DNA of 63,348 bases from Octopus bimaculoides (Eukaryota): assembly GCF_001194135.2 (NCBI RefSeq), contig NC_068986.1, positions 7,563,762 through 7,627,109 on the forward strand, in the 5' to 3' direction. The notes below the pieces were generated by a model. The model did not search any database. It worked only from the letters and a program-made list of their open reading frames with translations, and was not told where the DNA came from. A program made the position numbers and the translations under genes. Positions 13,561 to 26,140 of this stretch are shown one piece after another. Position 1 is the stretch's first letter. Each line of letters starts with the position of its first letter.

Positions 13561-13803
13561 TATGTGTAAGGAAGAATACTAAGGATGTGTGCGTTGGTAG
13601 AGTGTATGCATGTGTATATAAGTGTGTAGATGCGTAAAATTTGTGGGGTTGGTTCGTGGGTTGTGGTGGATGTTAATGAGTCTGCGCTAATTTGGTGGGT
13701 GGTGTGAACGCCCGCAGGTTATGCGTCGTAAGCGCATGCGTGTTTGTGTGTGAATAAAAGTATCGAAGAAATATTGTAGATTAACGTTTGGAAGGTAAAC
13801 AAA

Positions 13804-13857
<54 letters not shown>

Positions 13858-15135
13858 TTGGTTGGTGGGTTTGTGTTGAATATTTTAAAACGCATTTATC
13901 TCAAAGAAATTGAATACGATAAGTACATGCCTATATATTTATTGATGTCTGCGTTAGAAATCGTATGGATAAATACATAATAGGAGAAAGCATATAGTTC
14001 AATGAGTTTATTAAAAATCTGTTTTTTTTTCTTCTTTAGTCCGTAATATATTGTCTTGTTGACTGTACCAACAGCAGAGATGACGAACACTAACAATAGC
14101 TAAACTAAAATACTACACCAAGTATATGATTAAAATAATGATATCTTTTCGAATATGGAAATTTTGGCACAAAACGTTTTACTTTTAATGAAATATTCTA
14201 TCAATATAATTATTTTCCCTTTTCTGAAAATGTTTATTTTTGGCTCAAACAAAAAATATTTATGTAATCAATTTATATATAAAAAATAGCTACTCCATAA
14301 TTGCACTTAGAATAAAATAGTTCACTCTATCATTATTCTTTTATTTGAAACATACTTTCATACCACCGTTTATTCTTTCCGCTGCAGTAATCGACTAAAA
14401 GGCAATGTAACAGTGTAGATGCATAAGCGACATGACGATTTAAATGCTTGCTAATGTAGTCAATGTACATTATGAATAGCACAAGTCTGCATTTAGGCAT
14501 TTGAAAAGACAAAGTACCACATGAATGATATATTTAATCATAAAATATTCAAATGGATTACTTTTCTTTATATTTTGAATGGTAGTGTGTTTTTACATTA
14601 TTCACTGCAAGTATAGTTTATGATACACTTATAAATGCACACATGCATACATACGTTTATGCATATATATATGNNNNNNNNNNNNNNNNNNNNNNNNNNN
14701 NNNNNNNNNNNNNNNNNNNNNNNNNNNNNNNNNNNNNNNNNNNNNNNNNNNNNNNNNNNNNNNNNNNNNNNNNNNNNNNNNNNNNNNNNNNNNNNNNNNN
14801 NNNNNNNNNNNNNNNNNNNNNNNNNNNNNNNNNNNNNNNNNNNNNNNNNNNNNNNNNNNNNNNNNNNNNNNNNNNNNNNNNNNNNNNNNNNNNNNNNNNN
14901 NNNNNNNNNNNNNNNNNNNNNNNNNNNNNNNNNNNNNNNNNTATATATCATAACACACATACAAAAGCATCTATGTATATATCCATTTGAATAAGTTCAT
15001 TTTCACATGAAATATTCAAATGGATTATTTTGATTTATACATTAAATGATTGCATGTCCCTACATTATTCATAGCACTTATATTTTATGATATGCCATGC
15101 ACACACACGAACACGCATATATATGGATATATGCA

Positions 15136-15173
<38 letters not shown>

Positions 15174-15188
15174 NNNNNNNNNNATGCA

Positions 15189-15228
<40 letters not shown>

Positions 15229-15724
15229 CTTAGTTGTGTTCATATATACACACAGACATACAACACATGTACACCTATATATTTATAATGAATTAATGCC
15301 AGTAAATGCAATTAATGGAAACGCATCTAAAACGGTGAAGTAGAGTGAAATAACATTTATCCGAAACTGAGTATGGGTAAGCTGGTGCTCGACTTCAGAA
15401 AAAGGTATTCGTATAATTTCATGTGCATATACATGCATACATACATGCATAGATATATGCATATTCACATATTCATTTATATATATGGGTGCACACAAAC
15501 ACATATACTCACATGCACACCCTCGCACACAAATACACAGGCAATCGAACACAGACAACGCGCATACACAGACACACAGAAACATGCACGCACTCACACG
15601 CGCACACACACACTCACACACACACATACATATATACGCTAATATCGAGTTGTGAGTGCTCAACAGTTCGTTGGTGGATAAATATTCTCTATTTTTGGGT
15701 TAGCGGGTTAACAAGGCTACCAAT

Positions 15725-15782
<58 letters not shown>

Positions 15783-15789
15783 GAAAATG

Positions 15790-16900
15790 GAGAAAACTTT
15801 AGATCAACAAACAAATTGAGGGACATCAGTTAATAATTTTTTAATACAAAACATAACACTTCTTACGGCTGTTTCGGCTGCCAATGTCAGTATGTGCTTA
15901 CAAAGAAAATTCTGAAAATGATATTCGTCATCTTTATAGCACATTCGATCTAGTACACGGAGCTTCATCAGAGTGGATACAAAAACATAAAATAAAAGAA
16001 GGGAAGAGGGAAGAACAGGGCCTCGAGATGAGACCAGAAGGGTCAATATATTAGAATGATACCATTTTGCAGTGTGAAGCTTGAAGTCGGTAGAGTGAAC
16101 CAGTAAAATGAACTACAGAAATAATTTGTGAGTTAGCAAAATGGAGTAGAGAAATAATATGTGGGTTATCTCTTTATATAGAGGTACCAGGATGTATAAA
16201 TGGTAGTAAAATAAAACTAGTGCTGAAGTAAAACAGGAATCGCCAATATGTCTAGAAAAAGTATAGTGATTATAATTTCGTAAATAGAGTAGCCTGCAGT
16301 ATGTGGATCGCTTGGATATTTACCACTTCTGAGGTTCCACTCGCCATGAAATATATGTAACCCAGATTTAATCTTCTCCATTCCTTTGCTCTTGTATTCT
16401 AATTCGCACACCCGGCAAACTTGGTTGCCTATCGTGAAATATAAAAAAGAACGTTTTTCAGTTTATCGTAGTTCGATACGGAAAAAAAGATTCACAAGCT
16501 TCCGTCTCAGTAAAATATTATTGCCCCTGAAAATTATTTTTTTTTACATGTACTACGAATTGCTTGAAGTTAACTTTCTTCCTACACCTCGATCGCTGGA
16601 TATATATATATATATGGAGGTATGTATGCATGTATGTGTGAGTGTTTGAATGTGTGAGTGTGTGTGTGTGTGTGTCAGTGTACCTGTGTCTTTAGATATG
16701 TATAAAAATTATGCTCTTGCTTGTGTAAGCAGATGTCAATAAATGCATGGAGACTTGCGGTGAATATTTATTGTTGTAGTTTCCTGCTAGTTTCTATGTG
16801 GGAACATTTGCCCAAGTTAATATGCGCCTAGTTTTGTGTATGTTTATCAGTTTTGTCTTTTTATACGTGGATTATACTTGTGTTATTATGTTTCTGTTTG
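15790..16900 (-). mobile_element. Decayed Penelope-like element (linker, GIY-YIG remnant, pLTR with hammerhead)
   Basis: Minus-strand NRNII..YNP (16850-16900), LGQMFPHRN...INIHRKSPC (16740-16830; PLE motif DKHFP...IxNRNTVKxSYSC) and YCRLLYLRNY (about 16270-16300), followed by an HHR motif. Confidence 0.6.
15857..15976 (-). ncRNA. Type I hammerhead ribozyme motif with long stem II (weak stem I, probably decayed)
   Basis: Minus strand: CCACT-CTGATGA-A-GCT...AGC-C-GAAAC-AGCC-GTA-AGAAGTG. The stem II insert pairs ATGTGCT/AGCACAT and ATAAAG/CTTTGT. Confidence 0.6.
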
Positions 16901-17428
16901 ATTTATTACTCTTCTAGTGTTTGATTTCCTCTGCCTTTAGACAGTCCCAAACCCCTGTCTGCTGGTGGCGTCATGTTTTAATTAATCTCTCACTTGTCAG
17001 CAAACAAAGAGTTTTGCGGCCGATAAATCCTGTTTTCTGATTCGATAATACCGACATTGTGCGTGCTATTTTATCCTTTGTTACATCTTTGTTTATTCGT
17101 AATGTATAAATATCTCTGCTGGCTAACCCAGTCGTTTATTTTATGGTTTTCTTCCTATGAAGTAGTTAAGCCATCATCAATGACACAATTATAAAGATGT
17201 GATTCTCTACATAAATTTATCATTTGGTTATATAACACACACACACAGAGACACACACACAGGCACATACCATGCATACACATATATAGACGCATACATA
17301 TGCACATGTGATTTCAACATGGCTCTGATAGAGGAAGCACGTGTAAATTTCGAGTAAATCAACTGCAAGGAAAGACGTATACAAGCACACAAACATATAC
17401 TAATATAAATGTATATATACATGTATAT

Positions 17429-17476
<48 letters not shown>

Positions 17477-17498
17477 GTGTGTGTGTGTGAAAAAAAGA

Positions 17499-17549
<51 letters not shown>

Positions 17550-17569
17550 TGTATACACAGATCGTTGAC

Positions 17570-17745
17570 CAGTGACTATTCTTTTTTACTCCGTGTTTTT
17601 CTCCTTGTTTTCTACGTATTCTTTCTGTTGAAGAGCGTAGCTCGAAACGTTAAAGACTTTCCGTATTCCCGAGCGTCATACTAATACATCCTTTTGTTGT
17701 TTACACCACCTGTCCTCGTCTGTTGTTGTTTATTTTCGTACATTC
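17570..17745 (+). mobile_element. Short interspersed repeat carrying a minimal HHR-like motif (probable non-autonomous PLE pLTR)
   Basis: Contains TCTTT-CTGTTGA-A-GAGC-GTA-GCTC-GAAAC-GTT-AAAGA at 17620-17656 and is flanked by microsatellites. Confidence 0.45.
17620..17656 (+). ncRNA. Minimal type I hammerhead-like motif with variant core CUGUUGA
   Basis: Perfect stem I TCTTT/AAAGA, stem II GAGC/GCTC, GAAAC-GTT with palindromic AACGTT. A6 is replaced by U. Confidence 0.45.
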
Positions 17746-17765
17746 GCCCACATATATATATTCGC

Positions 17766-17824
17766 CCGAAATATAGTTGTTTTATTGTATACCAAAACTG
17801 TCCTCAAATACCCCTCGCAACTTG

Positions 17825-17874
<50 letters not shown>

Positions 17875-17933
17875 CAGGATGCGAGGGGTATTTGAGGACA
17901 GTTTTGGTATACAATAAAACAACTATATTTCGG
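17766..17933. repeat. Perfect 54-bp inverted repeat around a (TA)n core (two back-to-back Tc1 ends)
   Basis: 17766-17819 is the exact reverse complement of 17880-17933. Confidence 0.9.
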
Positions 17934-18120
17934 TATAAATAAATATGTATTTGAATAAACATGTGTGCAATTAGTCTTGGTAATGATTTTTTAATTAAGT
18001 TATTCTATGAAACCGCCTTCAGCTTCGATGATTGCTTCAATGCGGGACCGAAACCGCATCACCAGGGCAATGGTAGCCTTCAGTGAAGCTACGGCATTAT
18101 GTGGATGACGATTAGGAGGT
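17875..18120 (-). mobile_element. 3' end fragment of a Tc1/maT-like transposon
   Basis: HNAVASLKATIA...RFRSRIEAIIEAEGGFIE* (stop at 18000) followed by a TIR ending ...CGCATCCTG|TA. Confidence 0.75.
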
Positions 18121-20249
18121 AAAAGAAAGGAGGTAAAAGAATAAGAGGGAGGGAGAGAGAAAACGAAAGAGTAAAAGGATAGAATAGTGCGAGAATAGAG
18201 AAAAAACGACATAGTAATAGGAAGAATAGAGTCCCATCAGAATTATTAAGACAAAACTTACTTGGAAAAGGATCCGTAGCGTTCAATCATATGATAATAT
18301 AAATAACATATATATATGCATATACACATGCGCAGGCATACATACTTAAATGTACAAGTATATACATATGCATATGTGGGCACAGGACCTCACAAAACAT
18401 AAACAACAAAAAAAACGAGGACATGGAATAAGAAGTTTTTTTGCAATCAACGAAAGAAACAAATGGAAAACAAGACAAACAACACAAAGAACGACCCTTC
18501 ATCTGTTGTCGACCTAGAACTCACAAGAGTAAACAAGAGAGACAAAGAGAGACAGAAACAAGGAAAATGTCACTCGTATTTGTACACTATACAAATATTC
18601 TTTTTAAAAACTTTTCATTTAATTTTTCCAAAATTTACTTGTTTTCCACATTTAGAGATCAAAAAAATCTCAATGACCGAAACCGGTACTAAAATGTTTT
18701 TCATAAAATTATTTTAGTATTTTTTGCTTTGACTTTTTCCATATGTATACAAATAAGAAACAAATTTCAGTTCCTTAACAATGGAAACTGGGTATTTTTC
18801 GGTTAAATTAATTTAACCAGAAGATATTGAAACATCCATGACTGACTGACATTCCAAATGACAACAAATATCATTTTTAAATATGATATCTAAAACACTG
18901 TGTATATATGTACACACACCCATACACCCCCACACACGCACACACACCACACACCCACATGTTTGCGTGTGTATGTGTGAGTATGAGTATATATGTGTGT
19001 GCAGTCGTGTGTGTTTGCACGTACACGGATACAAGCATAATCGCGGTGACTCGAGAAAATAACGTTCTTTTATTCTTTAAACTTGTTTCAGTCAAATCAG
19101 TCATAATCAAAAACCCCAAATAAATGTAAGCGAAACAACAGGTGAATAAACATAACCGTTAGTCAAAGAATAATGACAATGGCAGCTAATTTGAAATAAA
19201 TCTTCACGAAATGCACAACAGATATAACAGCAGGCAATGGATAGCGCACGACCAACTTTAATAGCAATATCAATATATTAGAGAAGGGAGAAAGTAAAAT
19301 CTTCCAAATATTGAGAATATAATTAGATGAGGAAGGAATGGGGATCGATGGAAGAAACGTTTAAGCTGAGACTCGACCTGATATATATATATATANNNNN
19401 NNNNNNNNNNNNNNNNNNNNNNNNNNNNNNNNNNNNNNNNNNNNNNNNNNNNNNNNNNNNNNNNNNNNNNNNNNNNNNNNNNNNNNNNNNNNNNNNNNNN
19501 NNNNNNNNNNNNNNNNNNNNNNNNNNNNNNTATATATATCAGCGAAATTATCCTCTACTGTATCCAATCATCTTAAAAAGGACAAGTGGATAATATCGTA
19601 CTGTTTCCCCTGCACAAAAGTAGGTTGGTCCCTGCTGGAACGCCCTGGCTTATATGTATTTTCATTCGGAATGACTTTAGGCTAAACAATAACAATCTAT
19701 CATTAGGATAAACAACATTGGAATAATAAACATTTGCATCATTAGCTGCAATAACATCATTAGCAGCAGTAATATCATTTCAAGCAGCAATCTTATTAGT
19801 AGTTGTAGTATCATTAGCACAAATAATGCTTACAAGAGGATTTTGACGAAAACAAATTACTCTGCGTGTAATGAAGCGTGTTTAACAATAAAATAAAACC
19901 AGCTTTAATACAAAGAAAACATAGCAAGTTTAGAATAGAGAAAATTACTAGAAAGCTGATGAAAGAAACAACATTCTTGTGGAATTGAAAATTAGTAGAT
20001 TTCTACACAAGAATCCTTCCAACAAATTTACCAGAAATAGTGTGCTGTGTCCAGTCAATTACTCTGCAGCAATAGGAAGGTCATTTGAAAAGTGAATGTG
20101 AAATGTGCGGCGTAATATTTACTTCATTTCGTCACTTATTATTAACCTAACAACTAAGAAATAACGTACTTATGCAATAAACAGTTAAGTTAACGTAAAG
20201 TGGATTACTTAAGTACACAAATTTATCAGTCACCTCATTATTAAACAGA

Positions 20250-20710
20250 TTTCAGTAATAGCTTCCAGAACTTCGTTGTCACAATTCTGGTTTTTCTTTA
20301 GAAAAATTCACAATACCCTTGTGGTGTTTTTCGCAAGTACCGTCACTAGAAAAGGTTTGTCTCACAAGGGAAGAATTGTGATGTATTGGTCACTCTACTG
20401 CTACTTTCTTTCTTCTCGTTTATCGGGAAAATAAGCATTGTGAGTGAATCCCACATATATATATTGATGATGTTCCTTTTCAAATTGCCTTTAAATGCAT
20501 TTTTGTACCGCTTCCTTCCTCCCTGGCATTACGCTTTCTTAATCCGTTTGCAAGTAGGAGACCTGTTTCAACCAACATTTGAATGGCATGGTCTTCCCAA
20601 CGAGGATGATGGTGGGTTATCATTGTTTCTAGACAGGATCTTTCTCCAGCTCTTGTTTGTTTACTTCTTTGTCTGTTCTTCAACTGGATGAGCATAATTT
20701 TCTTCAAACT
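20250..20710 (-). mobile_element. Old RTE LINE, C-terminal segment
   Basis: RSCLETMITHHHPRWEDHAIQM (RTE motif SIExMI...LRWxGHVxRM), GRKRYKNAFKGNLKR (motif GGQRKRYKDTLK) and HKGIVNFSKE. Confidence 0.75.
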
Positions 20711-23370
20711 TTTTTTACGGCATATTTAATGATAGATTCATAATGAAGACAAAGAGCCATCTGGCTCAGATCGTCTTCCTAGAGATGACCGACCCTACGA
20801 AAGAGATGATAAAAAAAACAAAACAAAACAAAGCAAAACAAAAAACAGAAAGTATTTGCTACTCTTATTAAAATTCTTGGGCAAGACATATTGATATCAC
20901 AGATTAACATAACTAACCGAACATACGATTATAGATTTCTTTCCATTTACATTCCTACATTGAGAAGATCCAGTATGTCATATGAAATTCAACTATTCCG
21001 TAGGTCATGAGAAATATATTCTAATGTAGTACAAAAAAAGCTACTGCATTGGCACAACGGCTTACAAGTTTGTTTTCTCTATTTCGAAAGGAGAAATATT
21101 GAAGCTAATTGTAAAGAACCAGATGCGAATGTTAGTTTAAAGGAACAACCCCACCCATACCTCTGCAGGAAATAAGAGTAACGTGTGAACTCAATTTATC
21201 AAAGAAATGTATCATTACTTCCTACACGTACTTCAGATATTTACAGTGAATTCACTTCACAGTATCCTGACCCAGATGGTTTTTTTCCCCAAACTGACAA
21301 CTACTCTTTTGGTCAATACCTGATATCATATCGAAACAGAAATATATCTGATTTCTATCTAGGGCCTCGACGCCATTATTAAATGAAGGTCAAGTTAGAC
21401 AGGATTGACCTCGCCGTTATTTCTAATATCTACACCTCAGATGTTTTTTTTTTTTTACCAAACTCATGGTGAGCAGCCCTTGTACAGGGACCATGTTCTG
21501 TTCACCATGATAATGATGAACATAATGCAGATCTTCTATATGACAATGTAATAATCTAATTACGGAATCATCTGATAGTGACTGAAAGTTTGTAAAAAAG
21601 TTAAAGAATGTATGAAGTACTCTTTTGTGGCAGAAACAACCTGAGAAAAGGTTTGACATTTAGGGTTAGGGAAGACATCATGGGCTTTAAGAATGATGGG
21701 ATTTATTGCAGAAGATGAATCCTTTCTTCTCGGTCACATTGAAAAATTTGGCAATCCTGAAAATAGTAAGCAATCATATATAGTGTAGCAATAGAACGTC
21801 TTTTAACTTTGCTGATCCTTGGTATTCACAAGGCTATGAGATTGATGCTCTGCCTACTGCAGTATCGAGGTTCTGGCAATTGTATTGACAAGATTGACGG
21901 ACACGTTATACCGTTGGTAGAATTTCTATGAAAAGACGATATTAATTTCAAAACTACGGAGATAAATTCTACGATATGCCAGCAACTTGTTGAAGTCCTA
22001 TACAGGTCTGTACTAAAGCAGGCTTAATAATAATAAGATGCCAGCAGCAACTCTTAGTCTCCATGTGGTTCATTCACTGAATATTCTTGGATAGTCTGCC
22101 GACTCTTATATGTTGAATTTGTTATATATTTCACTTTCTTACGCCTGTTATTCATAGGTGGTCAAGGAAGTAAAAGATTACTAACCATGAAGTCACTGTC
22201 AGACACTACTTGGTCAGTAAGAGTGGAAGCTGCTAAATTTATTAATTGACACAAACACCTCAGGTGAGAATGACACCTTACGTTTTAGCAGGAAAAACAG
22301 ATGCTCTCAAATTTTCTTCGATAGACAAGATCTAAAAGTTGGTTCTGTTACATCCGGTACACTTTAAGAAGTTAAAGTTGAAATAAGAAAATAGTGAATC
22401 TAATTCTTTCTCTGGAGTAATTTCCGAACTCACTTTGGGATTGAAATGAATAAATGGAAGTGGAGGACAAAAAAAGCTCTCAATAAAATAACTACTGCGA
22501 GAGCCAGAAAGAGAGGCGAATGTTATATTAATCCAAAAGGAGGAGTAGCGAATCAATCAATGTATAACAGGATGAAAATCACAGTTGTCTCTTGTTTTAG
22601 CTGGCACTCTGAAATGAAACTGAACTGAGAAAAAAACCCTTGTCACAGTTTTTACCAGTGACTTCGACTTCAGTAATGTGTTGATGAAGGGAAATTATTC
22701 AGCTTTCAAGTTAATAAAAACTAAATCCGAGTCCTGTCTCCTTCAAAGACAACAACTGAAGAGCTTGGTAACGAACTTCCAAACGGTGTACACGTAGAAT
22801 ATATTTGAGTTCAATGGTTAGTTGTTTAGGAGAGCAAAGAGGCTCGAATAAAAATTATTCGAGAAATCCGATGGCTCACCAAAGACTTTGTGATTAATGT
22901 CTATGAGATATAGAGAGCAGTGTAGGAAAGCTAATGCAGTTTCAGAAGACAAAACAATTCTGAGACGCCGAATTTGTTTTGAATAAAAGCGAATATTTTT
23001 CAGATGTAGTGTGATGCATCGTGCTGTGAGATGTTAAAACTTACAATACTTAACTCAGATAAACCTTAGCATTGGCAGGGGCAGTTAATCTTTCTTTGTA
23101 AATAGAACTTGTCAGTTAATATTTGTAGTTAATATTTACATATAAAATTTAACATTTATAAATTTAACATTTACATATTTCTATATATTTAACTTGTATT
23201 GGGATTTATGTAGAACTTGTCAATTTTAATCTTTCTGTGTATGTATAACATGTCAGTTCCGATTACATGCAATAAATGGACTTCGATGTATAAATTTGGT
23301 GATTCCTCGTTTTAACTTCTGCATATGAGGTGGGGAGTAGCCAACATGAAGTACTCCCGCCATGTTTAAA
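20710..23370 (+). mobile_element. Decayed hAT-superfamily transposon (ZMYM1-like transposase remnant)
   Basis: GFIAEDESFLLGHIEKFGNPENSKQSY at 21699 (motif IAEFDPFLxxHIxKYGNPG), HSLNILG at 22071 (motif CxAHSLNL) and MKSLSDTTWSVRVEAA at 22187 (motif LKxLSxTRWSxR). Boundaries are inferred from the interruption of the RTE. TIRs were not recognised. Confidence 0.75.
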
Positions 23371-24000
23371 TCTTGTTTTGCATATATTTCCAGACTTCGA
23401 AGATGTTGCTTATAGCTTGTTTAGGTTTTAGAACCGTACAGGAATGTAGGTACAACTACTGCCATGGCTTTCAGTGCGTCTTAGAGTATGACCATTATAC
23501 AGCCATATTTTTAAAGGACATAAGGTTGAAAAACAGAGACACAAATATAGCTTCCAATATAAGCATCGTGCATGGCGACAAAAACTGTGCTGAAATGAAA
23601 ATCACGAGAACTAATTTCAGACAATCAGTATTTGGTGCGTTGTGATTGATTTTAGGTTTTCCTGTTACAGGGTGAGTAGACAAGCTAGCATCTGTCTTGT
23701 GGTCGTATAGACATTTATTGACTAGTAAAAAGGAGTAAAATATCGAAATTATTATGTTGTGCCAACATGACTAATGCCAACATATCAGAAGTCAGATTGG
23801 TTTTTAGGTTCCGTAGACAAACAGTAGTCAGACTGTGAGCAACATGCACAAGTGTGGACAAAGACTGTTAGTGGAGACCAACTCTATTTAGAAGAGGAAT
23901 CTGTGATTCGTGTCCTGTCATTCGAATTGCAACTCGTTTGCTCTAAACCTGCTTGATCAAGCCCTACTGCTCCTCACACAATAACAATAACGATATCTGA
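23370..24000 (-). mobile_element. Old RTE LINE, late RT/thumb segment
   Basis: KAMAVVVPTFLYGSKT*TSYKQHLRSLE (motif RAVVLxTLLYGSETW...LERF). Confidence 0.7.
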
Positions 24001-24569
24001 GATAACATTTTAGATTAGACTTGAGATTCAACACTGTTATAGCATGGGTTTCATTAATTTGCACGTGATGAATCACTATGAAGTATGATTACGTGGATCA
24101 TAAATGATACCTGGAAAATAAATTATTGCAAATAATATGCGTGTCAAAAACTGTTTTAGTATTTAACATGAAATTGATTGTGAATAATCTGTATTCATAT
24201 CGTGTAAATGGGAAATGAAACGAATTTTAACGTCCACTTTTCAATATATTCAAATATATTTTCTGACACATTTGGATGTAAGGAAATAATAGCAGAAGGA
24301 GCAATTAATAGTGCATGTCACGTCAAAATTTGTGGAGATTTTTAGGAGTTATTTATTAATAATGTATTTGTGTGAATGCCGTGGAACCTACTTCAGACAA
24401 CTAAGAATGTCTCCCAACCAAATAAAAAATAAAAACAAAAACAGCGACATCATCATCTTTCGAATTATCAATCTCAATGGACATCAAATACAAACAAACA
24501 CAATATAAATGCGCCACACAGAAAGCAGACAGCATCCCTGCTACATGAAATAGTGCAATGTCTTCAGCT

Positions 24570-25000
24570 TTGCTTCTATAACGTCAAAGTAGGAAGGCGG
24601 TCATCTTACGGGATTGTAGACTAGTTATTTCAGTTATTTCAGTGCCTTAAGAGTATCATGTTAGAGAATGCAATACGCGAGCACGTTGCCTTGCTTTGCA
24701 AAGTTTCCTTTTAGGAAGGATTCTGGTGTTTTCTAGTGTATCTGAACCAACTGCATTGACACTTACGAGCCTAGACAATCTGGATGAGCAATTATGGAGG
24801 CAGCACAGTAGGCACATGATTTCTACAGCAGAATTTGTAATGGCGATTACATCATGGAAGTCCTCAGGTAGTTTTTCTTATTTCCAAAGAACTCTTGAAG
24901 TTGGTCTCCATTCTTCCAAATCACTGGTGGGATTCTGTGAACTCCTGCTGTCTTTCCACTTTTCGGTGATTGAATATCTAGAAAATGTCAATAAGAGCTG
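24570..25000 (-). mobile_element. Old RTE LINE, early RT segment
   Basis: KLPEDFHDVIAI and ENTRILPKRKLC remnants (motifs IPQDFKDAxI and ILPESQCGFR). Confidence 0.55.
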
Positions 25001-25035
25001 AAAGTAGTAACTACACTGAAAGGTAACGGTTATCG

Positions 25036-25144
25036 CCACATCACTATGGCTATTCGACGTTACTACTGTTTGACCTCCAAAAAGCCTCCCACAACTCTGC
25101 CTGGGGTTAAACGGTAGAAACGTCGAACAGCCATATTGATGCGG
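25036..25144. repeat. Imperfect ~43-bp inverted repeat with ~21-nt loop (MITE-like or pre-miRNA-sized hairpin)
   Basis: CATCACTATGGCTATTCGACGTTTACTACTGTTTGACC aligns with the reverse complement of GGTTAAACGGTAGAAACGTCGAACAGCCATATTGATG. Confidence 0.8.
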
Positions 25145-25963
25145 TTATTGAATAGTTTTATGATCATATTCTCATCCTGTAAATATACCACTTATCAGTG
25201 GTTAATGTATAAACTTTATCTTCCTAACTGGATTCCATTAGTCACAGTGTGCTCATTCAAACTATATTATTACAGTAGTAAAATATAAGGTTATTGTGTC
25301 GATAGCAGTCGAGAGAAACGACAGCCAAGCAATCAATATAACTTACATACATTTGAAGCATGCACTATAAATGCTTAGGTAGAAATTGAATAAATCATTA
25401 TTTGCACAGTATATTGGATTCATGATTGAAAATACAACCTTAGATCGAATATAGAAATCCTACTCACATCGATGGTGAGGTATTAAAAATGATCGATCCC
25501 ATTTCTAATTTTTATTTGCATAAATAACATGAATCATTTTACGTTCCTTTGTTTATATTAGATGGAGACTAATAGATTGGACATTTAATATAACTATGTT
25601 CTATACTTAACTACTCACCTTTTCATTTCGGACCACATATTAGGACTTTTAATTAATACGCTGTGGATGTTACTTGCATGTTAACGTACCTCTCACTACA
25701 TCGCGGTGAATATGCTTATCAATATGCGAGATAATACAAGTGATTATTTTCAAATTATCAAATAACTCAATTTTCCCCCATATTTTATATATTAATTCAG
25801 TTAATAAAATGACAATTTTCGTAAATTTATGTGAAAATCTTCACTTCGGTCTGTCTGAGATATAACTTCGTTATGTTGTATAAGTATCTTATCATGAATT
25901 CAATACGATTGCACGACAATTAAGTTTAGATGTTGTATATCTATGCATTATACATAATTATAG

Positions 25964-26021
<58 letters not shown>

Positions 26022-26065
26022 ATATCTATCTATCTATATGTGTGTGTGTGCGTGTGTGTGTCTAT

Positions 26066-26140
<75 letters not shown>

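Noticed and set aside
14519-15075. Diverged direct repeat (AAATATTCAAATGGATTA...TACATTATTCA) on both sides of a gap, and an 18-bp tandem duplication at 62389-62426
   Set aside because: Ordinary small local duplications with no further structure.
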